From a virus (Duplodnaviria > Caudoviricetes): a stretch of 29,605 bases of DNA. The stretch covers positions 1 to 29,605 of IMG/VR virus record IMGVR_UViG_3300017648_000012; one strand, written 5' to 3'. The position numbers and the translations under genes were made by a program. Below are positions 17,001 through 24,707 of the stretch, in pieces; position 1 is the stretch's first letter; every line of letters starts with the position of its first letter. The notes under the pieces are model-generated. The model had not been told where the DNA came from. It saw nothing but the letters and a program-made list of their open reading frames with translations, and searched no databases.

Positions 17001-17031
17001 GCGCGAATAGGATAACCAGCAAATATTTCAT
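14002..17031 (-). CDS. Tail tip/host-specificity protein (gpJ-like)
   Basis: ~1009 aa; RG..LYDPR, W.YSDNPA motifs; FnIII-like region, coiled-coil and DUF1983-like end. Confidence 0.85.
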   Translation of the reverse strand: MKYLLVILFALLASPAAADPVTLIVGAIGSAGSWLFGGSLLANLVLGGLAAAAKYALGAMRPKPKSEASKTETQYGENLVREVGMGTFGTMGHHVYRNAFGKGNRMVQDVYKLSDFRCLELLRVSMDGEWKNLSPNEETKYGDTWGRKVLDVHEGGEVWVRFHAGTMDQAADPQLIAHANPAGRWTPAHRGAGCCYVVVTSRMEADNLTSPASLMFEVRGAPLYDPRFDTTVGGSGPQRQNDQNTWAYSDNPAVMMFNLERGIYNGTEKIVGRGTAMSRLPLSEWFTAMNICDEIMPDGSKRYTAALIASSGDGVTHDSNMTPLREACAGSWVESVSGEYPIVGANQAVVATITDDDINWEKPFTLSLTRPRAELVNTVAGNYISPDAFYETVPLATRIDEGALALDRERLASKVDYTAITDHRVGDRLADIAIRASRYQANGQFTIRPKFLELKVGSWVNYQSDRYNFTKTFQILSKGLGALGEDGTRDVAVTLQEVGNGIFDPTAYETNPPVPIPVGNPDYLGEVENFAVFPNIVQGDDGDEHPGVRLLWDQIEDITVAGVEIQYWPDNDPTQVFNDYVTKDVTVVQIVNGLTSLTDWWVRTRLRVASGTRPVAWAAPVPFRTLDARGDQNPIDYEGLADDLKGYLGWIGPQVRELIRQAEELATLTADNHNSNYSDIQRLTRQLSSTFGNAQAMWQEDIIVATGPNSAIGQQLTRINAQLWDDNGASIIQLMQVRVDGVEDDVAAQANLITQLSSNIGEVSANATFRMGTYAAPSGWNSRIGMEVRGGTTDSYKSAGLFLDVTSTQARIALIAEQIVFSNGTEFFKPFVIQNNVMYGEGFVMDWAKIVNVQIQWAQIQNAVVNNLIVGTSNLDFNAVTASSQMTYPGTYVSNVHIMGTLVVNSPQGNTGLLDWSCNGRLYGQTSLEATTTVRLINSTTGVELKSFIVTKPAGTDSQNFTLSTMAIDASAIPGNNTYIVRKGYADNVASGNVEIYNTSYLKSLVWKR

Positions 17032-17423
17032 CAGGAAACCTTGAAAGCCTTCTCGGCCATGGTTCTCGGCAGGAAGCGCAAGCCGTCCTCGCCCTTCACG
17101 GCAAACCCGTATTCGCAAAAATAACCGGCAGTGTTTTCGTAGACGCCCAAATCGCCGCGCTGAGCCAAAGCGACGGGGATTTCTTCGAACTGGCTGGCAA
17201 GAACGTCGGCCACCGATTTGAAACCGCGCTGCCGGATAAGGCGATAGGCCCCGGCCTTGCTCTTGTACTTGCCCCGGATATCCTTGGCCGGATCATTGCC
17301 CAGAACAGCATCCACCGCATCCGCAGCGGTCAGAATGCAATCGGACTGCCCCCAGACCAGAGGCGTGTTCAGATGCGCCTCTGTGGTGGCCACGAGGCGT
17401 TTTTCCCAGTCGTGATGTCGCAT
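17031..17423 (-). CDS. NlpC/P60-like tail protein (DUF6950-like)
   Basis: DWEKRL, WGQSDC, AQRGDL motifs; position before tip gene. Confidence 0.75.
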   Translation of the reverse strand: MRHHDWEKRLVATTEAHLNTPLVWGQSDCILTAADAVDAVLGNDPAKDIRGKYKSKAGAYRLIRQRGFKSVADVLASQFEEIPVALAQRGDLGVYENTAGYFCEYGFAVKGEDGLRFLPRTMAEKAFKVS

Positions 17424-17426
17424 GGT

Positions 17427-17993
17427 TTACGGTGCCGTGATGTGGAAGTTTTCGCGTCGGACTGTCGAGGCGTATTCGAAGAACCTATCGCCGGGAGAAA
17501 TCAGTTGCTGATCCTCATGCGAGGCGGTGCGATAACCATCCCGGTGATTTTCGAGCGCGGTAGTCTCAATATTGGCCTTCAGCATGAACTCGCCATTGTC
17601 GAAGGCGTGATCAATCGTGTCGATATAGCCCCGGTACATCGGTTCAACGTGCAGCAGTTCCCGCGTATCAGGATCGAAATAGGCGTCATACAGGATGACA
17701 GTTCTACCCTTATAGTCGACACTTTCAATCTGGGCGAGCTTGTCAGGCGTGATCCCGAAGTCCGTGGCCGCTGGCATTGTGATGGTGATCGGAAGCGCCT
17801 CGGAACCCATCTGATAAGGCGGTTCTTCAATGGCAATAAGCTGGTTCGGGATATAGGTGTTTCCGTTCCAAACCAGTTCCGACATGCCGTTCCACATGTA
17901 CCAGGCACCCGTCCCAAACATGAAATCGCCCATCGACCGGATGACGATCCGGCCTTCTTCCAGAAGCTGTTGAAGTCGTGTTGGGAAAGCCAT
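17427..17993 (-). CDS. Minor tail/hub protein
   Basis: YRGYIDT, DQQLISPGDRFFEY motifs; synteny. Confidence 0.7.
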   Translation of the reverse strand: MAFPTRLQQLLEEGRIVIRSMGDFMFGTGAWYMWNGMSELVWNGNTYIPNQLIAIEEPPYQMGSEALPITITMPAATDFGITPDKLAQIESVDYKGRTVILYDAYFDPDTRELLHVEPMYRGYIDTIDHAFDNGEFMLKANIETTALENHRDGYRTASHEDQQLISPGDRFFEYASTVRRENFHITAP

Positions 17994-18604
17994 CAGCGCG
18001 GCACCTCCATCAATTGGAAAGAAGCCGTTGGACGCGGCCCACGGCTCATCTGAAACGATCCCGGCACGAGGCGGGTATTCAGTTCAGGCTTTTTGAACCT
18101 GACGACGGCACCCGCCGCGATATAGGAGGCAATCGGCTGATCGACCGTGACCGTCATCTGAGTGCTTGCCGCCGTTGCGCCAACTGTAACCTGCGCCATC
18201 TGGCGGTAAGTGCCGCTCGTGAATGAAATCAGATCACCTGCCATCAGGATGAGGCCCGGAACGACGTTTGTTAGCTGCACTTGCCTGCCGTTCGTCACCG
18301 TGCCGAGTGATGCGGTGTCGGTGATATGCGGATCGTCTGGGTTGCCCCAGTAAGCCTGAGGAATGCAGATGTGCGTCGGTCGATAGACAATCGTTTCCAT
18401 CCCGCCGCGAGCCGCTGCGATGAAAGCCTGAAGCGCAACAGCCTCGCTCGCCTTCATCGGTACAGTTTCCATATCGATAGTCCGATACGGGTCCGCATAT
18501 TCGACAAAGGAAATTGCCCGGTTGCCGTACTTCGACATGCTGACCGGGCTGTGCAATTGCGGATAGGACGGCAGGAAACGAACCGTCGAAACAAGATCGA
18601 TCAT
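17993..18604 (-). CDS. Distal tail protein (putative)
   Basis: First late gene after tape measure; L.AGD.ISF motif. Confidence 0.65.
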   Translation of the reverse strand: MIDLVSTVRFLPSYPQLHSPVSMSKYGNRAISFVEYADPYRTIDMETVPMKASEAVALQAFIAAARGGMETIVYRPTHICIPQAYWGNPDDPHITDTASLGTVTNGRQVQLTNVVPGLILMAGDLISFTSGTYRQMAQVTVGATAASTQMTVTVDQPIASYIAAGAVVRFKKPELNTRLVPGSFQMSRGPRPTASFQLMEVPR

Positions 18605-18651
18605 GTGCTAACTCTCATTCGACAGCTAATTCCGATGAAGGAAGGACACAA

Positions 18652-18882
18652 ATGACGCAGCCTGTGCATATCAATTTGGACCTTAGCGAAATCAAAGCGA
18701 TGTTTGATTTCTACCAGTCTGCGTTGACCATAACGGCAAAGAAGCTGGTCGATGCTTCCCCAGACATGGCAAATGATGCCGCTGACGAAATATCGTCAAT
18801 GCGAAGCTCAATTGCTCATGCTGGAGGTACACAGATCGACCAGATCATAACGACACTCAAAGGCGGATCAGGCGAAGCCTAG
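18652..18882 (+). CDS. Moron, hypothetical helical protein
   Basis: AAGGA RBS; fills TMP-Dit gap on the opposite strand. Confidence 0.65.
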   Translation: MTQPVHINLDLSEIKAMFDFYQSALTITAKKLVDASPDMANDAADEISSMRSSIAHAGGTQIDQIITTLKGGSGEA

Positions 18883-21041
18883 ATATCAATCCCGCGCATT
18901 CTGGCTTGCCTGCTATCTCGCTTCAGTCTTACGGCGCTGCTCTTGTCGTAAGACTTCACCGCTACCTGAGCACGTTTATTGGCAACATTCTCAAGATAGG
19001 TGTGGAACGTTCCGTCCTCTTCGAAGCGCGTAACAACCTCAAAACGGGTGGCCCCAGATGATGCCGACTGGCGCGCACCCTGCAAGTTCGGAATGGTGGG
19101 CGCTCGCATGACTGGCCCGCCGCCTGCCAGAGCGAGGCCATTCCCGCTATTGATTGCATCAAGAAGCGGCCCAAACTTCTTCGTTGCCGCTGCATTGATG
19201 ACGTACTCGCCATTGGACAACATCGCCGGAATGCTGTCGCTGCGAGGTCCGCCGGGGCCGCTGATGTAGCCGCCAGTCGCGGCCTTGACGACGCCGCCAG
19301 AAGCGAACGGGAAAATCCCACCCTTGAAGATCCCCGTAAACAGGTCATCGAAGGCCATATCGAGCAGCTTGTTGGCAATCTTCTGGAGCGCACCGGCAAA
19401 GGCTTCTGCGGCTGACTTCCCTTGAATGAGATCGTCAACGATCCCGCGAAGGGCATCCTTCTGCGCGTCTTGCCATTCTTCCGAACGCTGCCTGATCTTG
19501 TCCTGCGCCTCAGCAAGCTGATTAGCTTCCGCTGTTGCGCGGGCATATTCATCCGCAATCTGGCCGATGTTCTCGCGCATTTCCGGCGTGATCGCCTTGC
19601 CGTCCTTCTGGGCGGCATTCATCAGGGCCTGTTCGGCACGAGCCTTAGCCAGCGTGTAACCGTAGTCCTCGACCGTGGCATCGAGCTTCCGCAGAGCTTC
19701 GGTCTCGGCGACAGTAGTTGCGGTTCGATCGCTAAAGCTGCGCGATGTCCGCTCAAGATCGCTTTCACGTGGCTTCCGCGGTTTACGGTTAGCTTCACGT
19801 TCCGCTTTACGCCTAGCCGATTCCTCCGCTGATCTGCGCTTGTCAGCCTCGACATTCTGTTGGGCCAGATCACGAAGCTGTTTCTCGGTGAGTACAGCGC
19901 CAGCCTTGTCCGCTTCCGACCGAACACGAGCGATTTCGTTCTCGACATCGAGCTGATCCTTCGACATCGCGTTGCGCTTTGCAGCGTTGGCGGTGAATTT
20001 CTCGTTGGTCTTTTGAAGCTCGGCGTACTTCTCCATCGACTCCTTTTCGTATTGTGCAAAGGAGTTTTGTCCGGTCAGTCTGTCGCTCTCGGCGTTAAAC
20101 CGCGCTGTGGCGTCCGCAGCAGCATTGATGGGACCCAACAATGCAGAGAAAGCACTCGCGAAACTATCAATTGCTGGAATTCCTGTGGAATTCAGTAGGC
20201 TCGATAGTGCGTCGGTGACGGCTTTGTAATCGCGCTGTGTAGCCGTTCCGTCTTCGACATTGCTCTTCAGATTGAAGAATGTTTCACGGAATCGCTCTAG
20301 CTCCTCTACGGGGGCTCCTGCGCCCTGTAGCTGAGCCATAAGATCGGCATACTCGACCGTGAAGCCGCCAACCTGTTCACGCAATTTTGCCCACTGATCG
20401 GCAACAGCTACAGCCGTGGCGTCTTCGACCTTCTTGTTTTCCTCGACCTTCCGGCGCTCATCATTGTATGCCTTCAGGGCAGGCAGAGCCTCGCCCCACT
20501 TGTCAACGACGTCCTGAATTAACTGAGCTTCCTTCTTGAGCTGTTCCTCGGACTTCGTTCCGCTCGTGAAAACCTCATCGAAATACGAAATCGCAGCACT
20601 GCCCAGCAGAACGAACGCTGTCGTCGCCAAACCGAGTGGGCTGATAAGTCCGGCGACCGTCGACTTCAACGCGCCCATGACACCATTCAGCGAACCACCG
20701 TACATGGTGATCTGAGGCAACTGCTGGGCAAGAAGCGTGAACGGTGACTGACCGGACGCCATCATCGTTCCAATGTCCTGAAACTGGAACGCGAGGTTGC
20801 GTACCTGCTGCTGGGCCATGCCGGCGCTAACGCCAGCCTTCTTTAAGGACGCTGATGAAGCTTCTGCAGCGCTTGCTGCCTTGTTGAATCCAGCCGTCGA
20901 CGCATTTCCCATGGCGGTAGCGCTGTCGCCGATTGCCTGCATGCGGGCGACGCCCTGCTGCTGTGCCTGCGCGGTCTTTGTCAGATAGGCGTTGACATCT
21001 GCTTCCAGCTCAACGACTACCTTATCAGCGGTTACAGCCAT
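18879..21041 (-). CDS. Tape measure protein (720 aa)
   Basis: NLAFQFQDI...GQSP..L.QQ..Q; Ala-rich helical; C-terminal GPGGPRSDSIPAMLSNGEYV. Confidence 0.93.
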   Translation of the reverse strand: MAVTADKVVVELEADVNAYLTKTAQAQQQGVARMQAIGDSATAMGNASTAGFNKAASAAEASSASLKKAGVSAGMAQQQVRNLAFQFQDIGTMMASGQSPFTLLAQQLPQITMYGGSLNGVMGALKSTVAGLISPLGLATTAFVLLGSAAISYFDEVFTSGTKSEEQLKKEAQLIQDVVDKWGEALPALKAYNDERRKVEENKKVEDATAVAVADQWAKLREQVGGFTVEYADLMAQLQGAGAPVEELERFRETFFNLKSNVEDGTATQRDYKAVTDALSSLLNSTGIPAIDSFASAFSALLGPINAAADATARFNAESDRLTGQNSFAQYEKESMEKYAELQKTNEKFTANAAKRNAMSKDQLDVENEIARVRSEADKAGAVLTEKQLRDLAQQNVEADKRRSAEESARRKAEREANRKPRKPRESDLERTSRSFSDRTATTVAETEALRKLDATVEDYGYTLAKARAEQALMNAAQKDGKAITPEMRENIGQIADEYARATAEANQLAEAQDKIRQRSEEWQDAQKDALRGIVDDLIQGKSAAEAFAGALQKIANKLLDMAFDDLFTGIFKGGIFPFASGGVVKAATGGYISGPGGPRSDSIPAMLSNGEYVINAAATKKFGPLLDAINSGNGLALAGGGPVMRAPTIPNLQGARQSASSGATRFEVVTRFEEDGTFHTYLENVANKRAQVAVKSYDKSSAVRLKRDSRQARMRGIDI

Positions 21042-21056
21042 AAGGAGGGGCCTCAC

Positions 21057-21347
21057 TTGGACAGTTGGTTAAAAGGTTTGATTGCTGCGGCCTGTGTAGT
21101 TGTTATCGCAGGCGGCGGGTATTACGCATGGGGCGAATATCAAATCAGGAGTGCGCAAGCGGAGAGATCGGCAGGAATTGAGCGCGCCAGAGCAGAAATT
21201 TTCAAATTCGCTGATGCGAAGCCCCATGAGATTGATAAGGCTCGCGATTACTGTCGCGTTCTTAATCAGGTTAACACAAACAACCCCGAAAAATCGGATG
21301 TCAGAGAGACTATCCTGAGAAACTGCCGATATTTCGGTTACCTTTGA
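21057..21347 (+). CDS. Membrane-anchored moron protein (superinfection exclusion candidate)
   Basis: TAAGGAGG RBS with TTG start; N-terminal TM; lower GC; between chaperone and TMP. Confidence 0.7.
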   Translation: MDSWLKGLIAAACVVVIAGGGYYAWGEYQIRSAQAERSAGIERARAEIFKFADAKPHEIDKARDYCRVLNQVNTNNPEKSDVRETILRNCRYFGYL

Positions 21348-21351
21348 CAGA

Positions 21352-21603
21352 TCAGTGTAGCCGAACAGACGGATCATTGAGTGTCGCTGCGGCCAGAAGC
21401 TGTTCAGCCTGAGCCCAATCAGAATCTGACACGCTCGGCATCTGCTTCTTGTCCATCTGTTTGATGGCAGCGTTCATACTGGCGATCTCGTACATGCTCA
21501 TCGTGTCGATCGCTCTCGGGTCGACACCAGCATGCAGGAGAACCGCCCGATACTTGCCGAACTCTATTCGGTCGCCGGGTTCTCCCCGGCCTTCGGCTCC
21601 CCC
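21352..21603 (-). CDS. Frameshift extension of tail assembly chaperone (gpT-like)
   Basis: -1 frame open from GGGGGAG to TGA at 21352: ...RIEFGKYRAVLLHAGVDPRAIDTMSMYEI... Confidence 0.7.
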   Translation of the reverse strand, partial: GGAEGRGEPGDRIEFGKYRAVLLHAGVDPRAIDTMSMYEIASMNAAIKQMDKKQMPSVSDSDWAQAEQLLAAATLNDPSVRLH

Positions 21604-21953
21604 GTATCGATATCTCCGACACCGTGGAATGCAGCGTTCAGAATGGCTTTTGCGACAGTCTCCGGATTGTTTGGCCCGGTAACCAGAACAGCGGGCTTCT
21701 CACGACCGATATACATGTCAGTCAGGCGCTTAGCCTCTACCGCACCCATACCGCCGCCGATCAAGCCTAGGCGAACCGTGTGATACAGGTCGTTGAAGAA
21801 CCACACCCCGAGCATGACACGCTGATAGATAGCGCCGATACCGACCTTGCCGCAGATGTGCTCCAGCTCTTCGATTTCCTTGCCCCGAAGGGCGAAGGCA
21901 TATTCGCCGTCGCCCCATTCGAGAACAATCTCAGCTCTCAGACTTGCTGACAT
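21564..21953 (-). CDS. Tail assembly chaperone (GTA-gp10-like)
   Basis: WGDGEY.F.L...IEELE, VRLGLIGGGM...EA..L motifs. Confidence 0.85.
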   Translation of the reverse strand: MSASLRAEIVLEWGDGEYAFALRGKEIEELEHICGKVGIGAIYQRVMLGVWFFNDLYHTVRLGLIGGGMGAVEAKRLTDMYIGREKPAVLVTGPNNPETVAKAILNAAFHGVGDIDTGEPKAGENPATE

Positions 21954-21961
21954 GTGTCACC

Positions 21962-22705
21962 TTATGCCGTCACGACAGGAAGTGACGACGCTGACTGGCT
22001 GTTGATCGAGCCGGAAACATTGGTCGCCGTCTCAACCACATGCAATACCTTGCCCACATCACCGGCAACCGGTGTATAGCTCGCCGTCGTAGCTGCCGAG
22101 ATGGCGATACCGTTTGCGAACCATTGATATGCAAGTGCAGGCGTTCCGGTGTATGTGCCAGGTGTGGCAACAAATGCCGTACCGACTTCAGGTGCCGTGG
22201 TCGGGATGGATACCGCCGTGGTGATGCTCGGTGCAGGCGGAATCGCATGCCATTCAGGCTGACCATCCCAGATGATCGTACCAGAGTTGGTGTAGCGACC
22301 GCGATCGGTGCTTTCTTCCTGATACTCAGTCAGGGCTGCAGGGCCTTCCCAGTAACCAGCATTCGGAGCGCCGAGATTGCGATACCAACGGCACCAATAG
22401 AGATCGGAACCCTGCGACCACGCATCCCAAAGCGGAAGCGCTTCGTCGGCGAGAGTACCGGTGAACGTCGACTGCATGCGCTTCGACACAATGTCGATAC
22501 CAAGCCAGATCGGATCATCAGGCGCGTTGCAGGGGGGCAGAGCAACGTCATTCGTATTCGTGGTGATCTGTCGCGTCAGCCCGGTGATGCCGCACGGAGC
22601 CGAGAATATCGCACCTGCCGGCGGCGTGGTCTCGCCGGGAGTGTACTTTGGCCCAATCAGGATCTGCTGGGCGCCAAAGCGAACGCTGTAATCGCGCTGT
22701 GCCAT
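21962..22705 (-). CDS. Major tail (tube) protein with C-terminal Ig-like extension
   Basis: F.APCG.T, P.C..PD, Y.GPA.LT, DG motifs; C-terminal VG.....PGTY...YQW..NG.AI..AT..SYT. Confidence 0.85.
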   Translation of the reverse strand: MAQRDYSVRFGAQQILIGPKYTPGETTPPAGAIFSAPCGITGLTRQITTNTNDVALPPCNAPDDPIWLGIDIVSKRMQSTFTGTLADEALPLWDAWSQGSDLYWCRWYRNLGAPNAGYWEGPAALTEYQEESTDRGRYTNSGTIIWDGQPEWHAIPPAPSITTAVSIPTTAPEVGTAFVATPGTYTGTPALAYQWFANGIAISAATTASYTPVAGDVGKVLHVVETATNVSGSINSQSASSLPVVTA

Positions 22706-22727
22706 GTGACTTGTTCCTTTCCATGTC

Positions 22728-22754
22728 AAAACGCGCCGTCACCTCGTCGGCGCG
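22728..22754 (-). terminator. Hairpin with short U-tract upstream of tail tube gene
   Basis: CGCGCCG/CGGCGCG stem followed by TTTT on minus strand. Confidence 0.45.
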
Positions 22755-22785
22755 GCGTCATGGCTTATTGAAGGTGTGTGATTGG

Positions 22786-23211
22786 TCAGACGGTCTTGAT
22801 AACCGTAACGTCAAACTCTGTGATGGAATGCCATCGATCGGCCTCGCCATCTTCTTGTATGCATCTGGTCTGTAGCCATTCGCATTCGATGACACCAAGA
22901 CCGTCTGGCGCGAAAGAGCCCATGGCGTTGACGATAGCCGCCGCTATATCAAGCGCCCTGTCTTCGCCCGCATAGGTCGTTTTCGTCTCGGCAAAGGCAT
23001 GAATGGTCACTCGCGTGGTGCTGCCGTTCCAGCATGTAGCCTCGAAACCACCGGTTATCGGGCTGCCGTATCGAATGAACGGCCAGACAGGGTTCGCAGG
23101 CGGTGACATCGCATAGATGCGATCGAGCGGGACAAACGCCAGAACTCCTGGATCAGCCGCGATATGGTCGACAATGGCCGCTTTCAATGGGCGAGATAGA
23201 TCAACTGCCAA
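22786..23211 (-). CDS. Tail terminator/completion protein (DUF3168-like)
   Basis: L..AI...L/I.AD..V...V..RIY..PP....WPFI; TTG start with GGGAG RBS. Confidence 0.8.
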   Translation of the reverse strand: MAVDLSRPLKAAIVDHIAADPGVLAFVPLDRIYAMSPPANPVWPFIRYGSPITGGFEATCWNGSTTRVTIHAFAETKTTYAGEDRALDIAAAIVNAMGSFAPDGLGVIECEWLQTRCIQEDGEADRWHSITEFDVTVIKTV

Positions 23212-23440
23212 GGACGACACTCCCGTCCTTACCGACCTTCGCGCCTGCGGGACGCTCAATCACTTCGATCAATCCACCGGACAAGCCCGCGTCGATACAA
23301 GCCTGTGGCTCATAAGCAACCTGACCTCGCTGAAATGACTTCATCAGACCGGGCTTTATGATCCAGTCAAAACGCTCACCGATGACGCGGAACCACCTTG
23401 AAGACGGTTGCGCCGGGGTTGATTGTTTAGCTTTTGCCAT
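23201..23440 (-). CDS. Hypothetical virion-module protein
   Basis: GGAG RBS, 79 aa, in connector cluster. Confidence 0.65.
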   Translation of the reverse strand: MAKAKQSTPAQPSSRWFRVIGERFDWIIKPGLMKSFQRGQVAYEPQACIDAGLSGGLIEVIERPAGAKVGKDGSVVLGS

Positions 23441-23445
23441 ATCCG

Positions 23446-23814
23446 TTACTCCGAAGCCTGTCTTATGCCGCGCATGATCCAAGCTGCCCGAGCCGGGTCT
23501 GATCGGACACCTGACACTTTCCAACGCCTGCCCTGCGCGACCACAATGCTGTTACCGTCAGGCTCTTTGTCTGAAAGACCAGACTGCAGGATGATCAGTT
23601 TTACATCTGTGTCGGTATATCCGGCAGACTGTCGCATGGCTTCATCGGCTCGGTCGACCTGTACCTTGCATGGCACTGAGGATTCCTGCGGTATCTGAAC
23701 GCCACCGGGACCACGTACCATCGTGACCGTGATCAACTGGCCGTCACCGTAGATGTCAGAAAAGATATCGCCGAACAGCTGCTGGATATCGACTGTATCG
23801 AGAAGACCGGCCAT
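23446..23814 (-). CDS. Head-closure/head-tail joining protein (putative)
   Basis: TGATG coupling; D....QGRRW.V..V..DPA.A.W. Confidence 0.7.
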   Translation of the reverse strand: MAGLLDTVDIQQLFGDIFSDIYGDGQLITVTMVRGPGGVQIPQESSVPCKVQVDRADEAMRQSAGYTDTDVKLIILQSGLSDKEPDGNSIVVAQGRRWKVSGVRSDPARAAWIMRGIRQASE

Positions 23815-24287
23815 CACAAACCTCCGAAGACACTGGGCCAGCCATAAGCCGGCCCCGGCCAATCTTTCGCATAGCCAGACAAGCAGCCTCCGACAGCACC
23901 AACGGCAACACGCGGGCCACCTTTGACCATTCGAAGAAGCTGGAAGAAATAGGCGCCACAGTTGGTCTGAGACAGCCAGTCACCATAGGACGTATCTCCT
24001 GCGGCTTTCTGGAACCGTGTGAGCGTCAATTCTCCTGATCGGATGGATTGATACTGAGAACGCCCGGAAGCCTGTGAGCGGCTCTCTGCGTCAGTTCCAA
24101 GCCCATCCAGGGTCATCAGATGACAAGTGTAGGCTACCCATCCCTGCTCATAGAGCTTTTCGGGCCATGACTGATCGACAAAGACCGAAGCCATATCGAT
24201 GTAGCTCTGCACTACAGCATCATCCACCGAAGCGAATTGAGGCTTTAGCTCTTTGAACCTGGCCGGCGTGAGGTCTTCATAGGCCAT
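23814..24287 (-). CDS. Head-tail adaptor (DUF4054-like)
   Basis: F....PQF..V.D, Y..HL..L, S...GEL, W..QT..G..F..L. Confidence 0.75.
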   Translation of the reverse strand: MAYEDLTPARFKELKPQFASVDDAVVQSYIDMASVFVDQSWPEKLYEQGWVAYTCHLMTLDGLGTDAESRSQASGRSQYQSIRSGELTLTRFQKAAGDTSYGDWLSQTNCGAYFFQLLRMVKGGPRVAVGAVGGCLSGYAKDWPGPAYGWPSVFGGL

Positions 24288-24289
24288 GG

Positions 24290-24652
24290 TCAACCAGCCA
24301 GTTCAGCGTCAATCCGCTTCTGCAGTTCCGAGACATCCCACTTGTGATAGAATTTCTTGCCGGTCAGGTCGGCGTAATCCTTGCGCAGTTTCGCAAGTTC
24401 TGGGTCTACTTCCTTGGAAGCCTGCACCTTTTTCTCAGGCACTGGCTTGCCGTCAACCCAGTTGCCGACACGCTCGGCACTCGGAACAGTCGACCCCTCG
24501 GACAACTGGAAATAGCCAATCGTGCGATAAAGCGGCAAATGAAGCGGATCAACGTCAACCGTGATCTCACCGCGAGCCGGAAGGCGTTCAGTCTTGCCGC
24601 CTTTGACGCGAATGTCGTACGGCGAGTTGGTCAGGTTCTTGATACGATGCAT
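24290..24652 (-). CDS. Post-capsid hypothetical protein with C-terminal helix-extension-helix-like motif
   Basis: GAGG RBS; ELAKLRKDYADLTGKK...W...ELQKRID. Confidence 0.7.
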   Translation of the reverse strand: MHRIKNLTNSPYDIRVKGGKTERLPARGEITVDVDPLHLPLYRTIGYFQLSEGSTVPSAERVGNWVDGKPVPEKKVQASKEVDPELAKLRKDYADLTGKKFYHKWDVSELQKRIDAELAG

Positions 24653-24665
24653 TGGTCGCCTCGTT

Positions 24666-24697
24666 AAAGAGAAAGGCCCCGACGATTTGCCGGGGCC
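24666..24697 (-). terminator. Rho-independent terminator after major capsid gene
   Basis: GGCCCCG/CGGGGCC stem followed by TTTCTCTTT on minus strand. Confidence 0.75.
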
Positions 24698-24707
24698 GTG
24701 AAGGATA

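Noticed and set aside
21010-21033. EcfG-like promoter (TCAAC-N16-GTT) for the 21057 moron
   Set aside because: Poor -35 match inside coding sequence; likely chance
21419-21622. ORF-track 67-aa minus ORF as the chaperone extension
   Set aside because: Wrong frame and Arg-rich composition; the -1 frame ending at 21352 fits better
22040-22771. 243-aa + strand ORF
   Set aside because: Arg/Cys-rich antisense shadow of the tail tube gene
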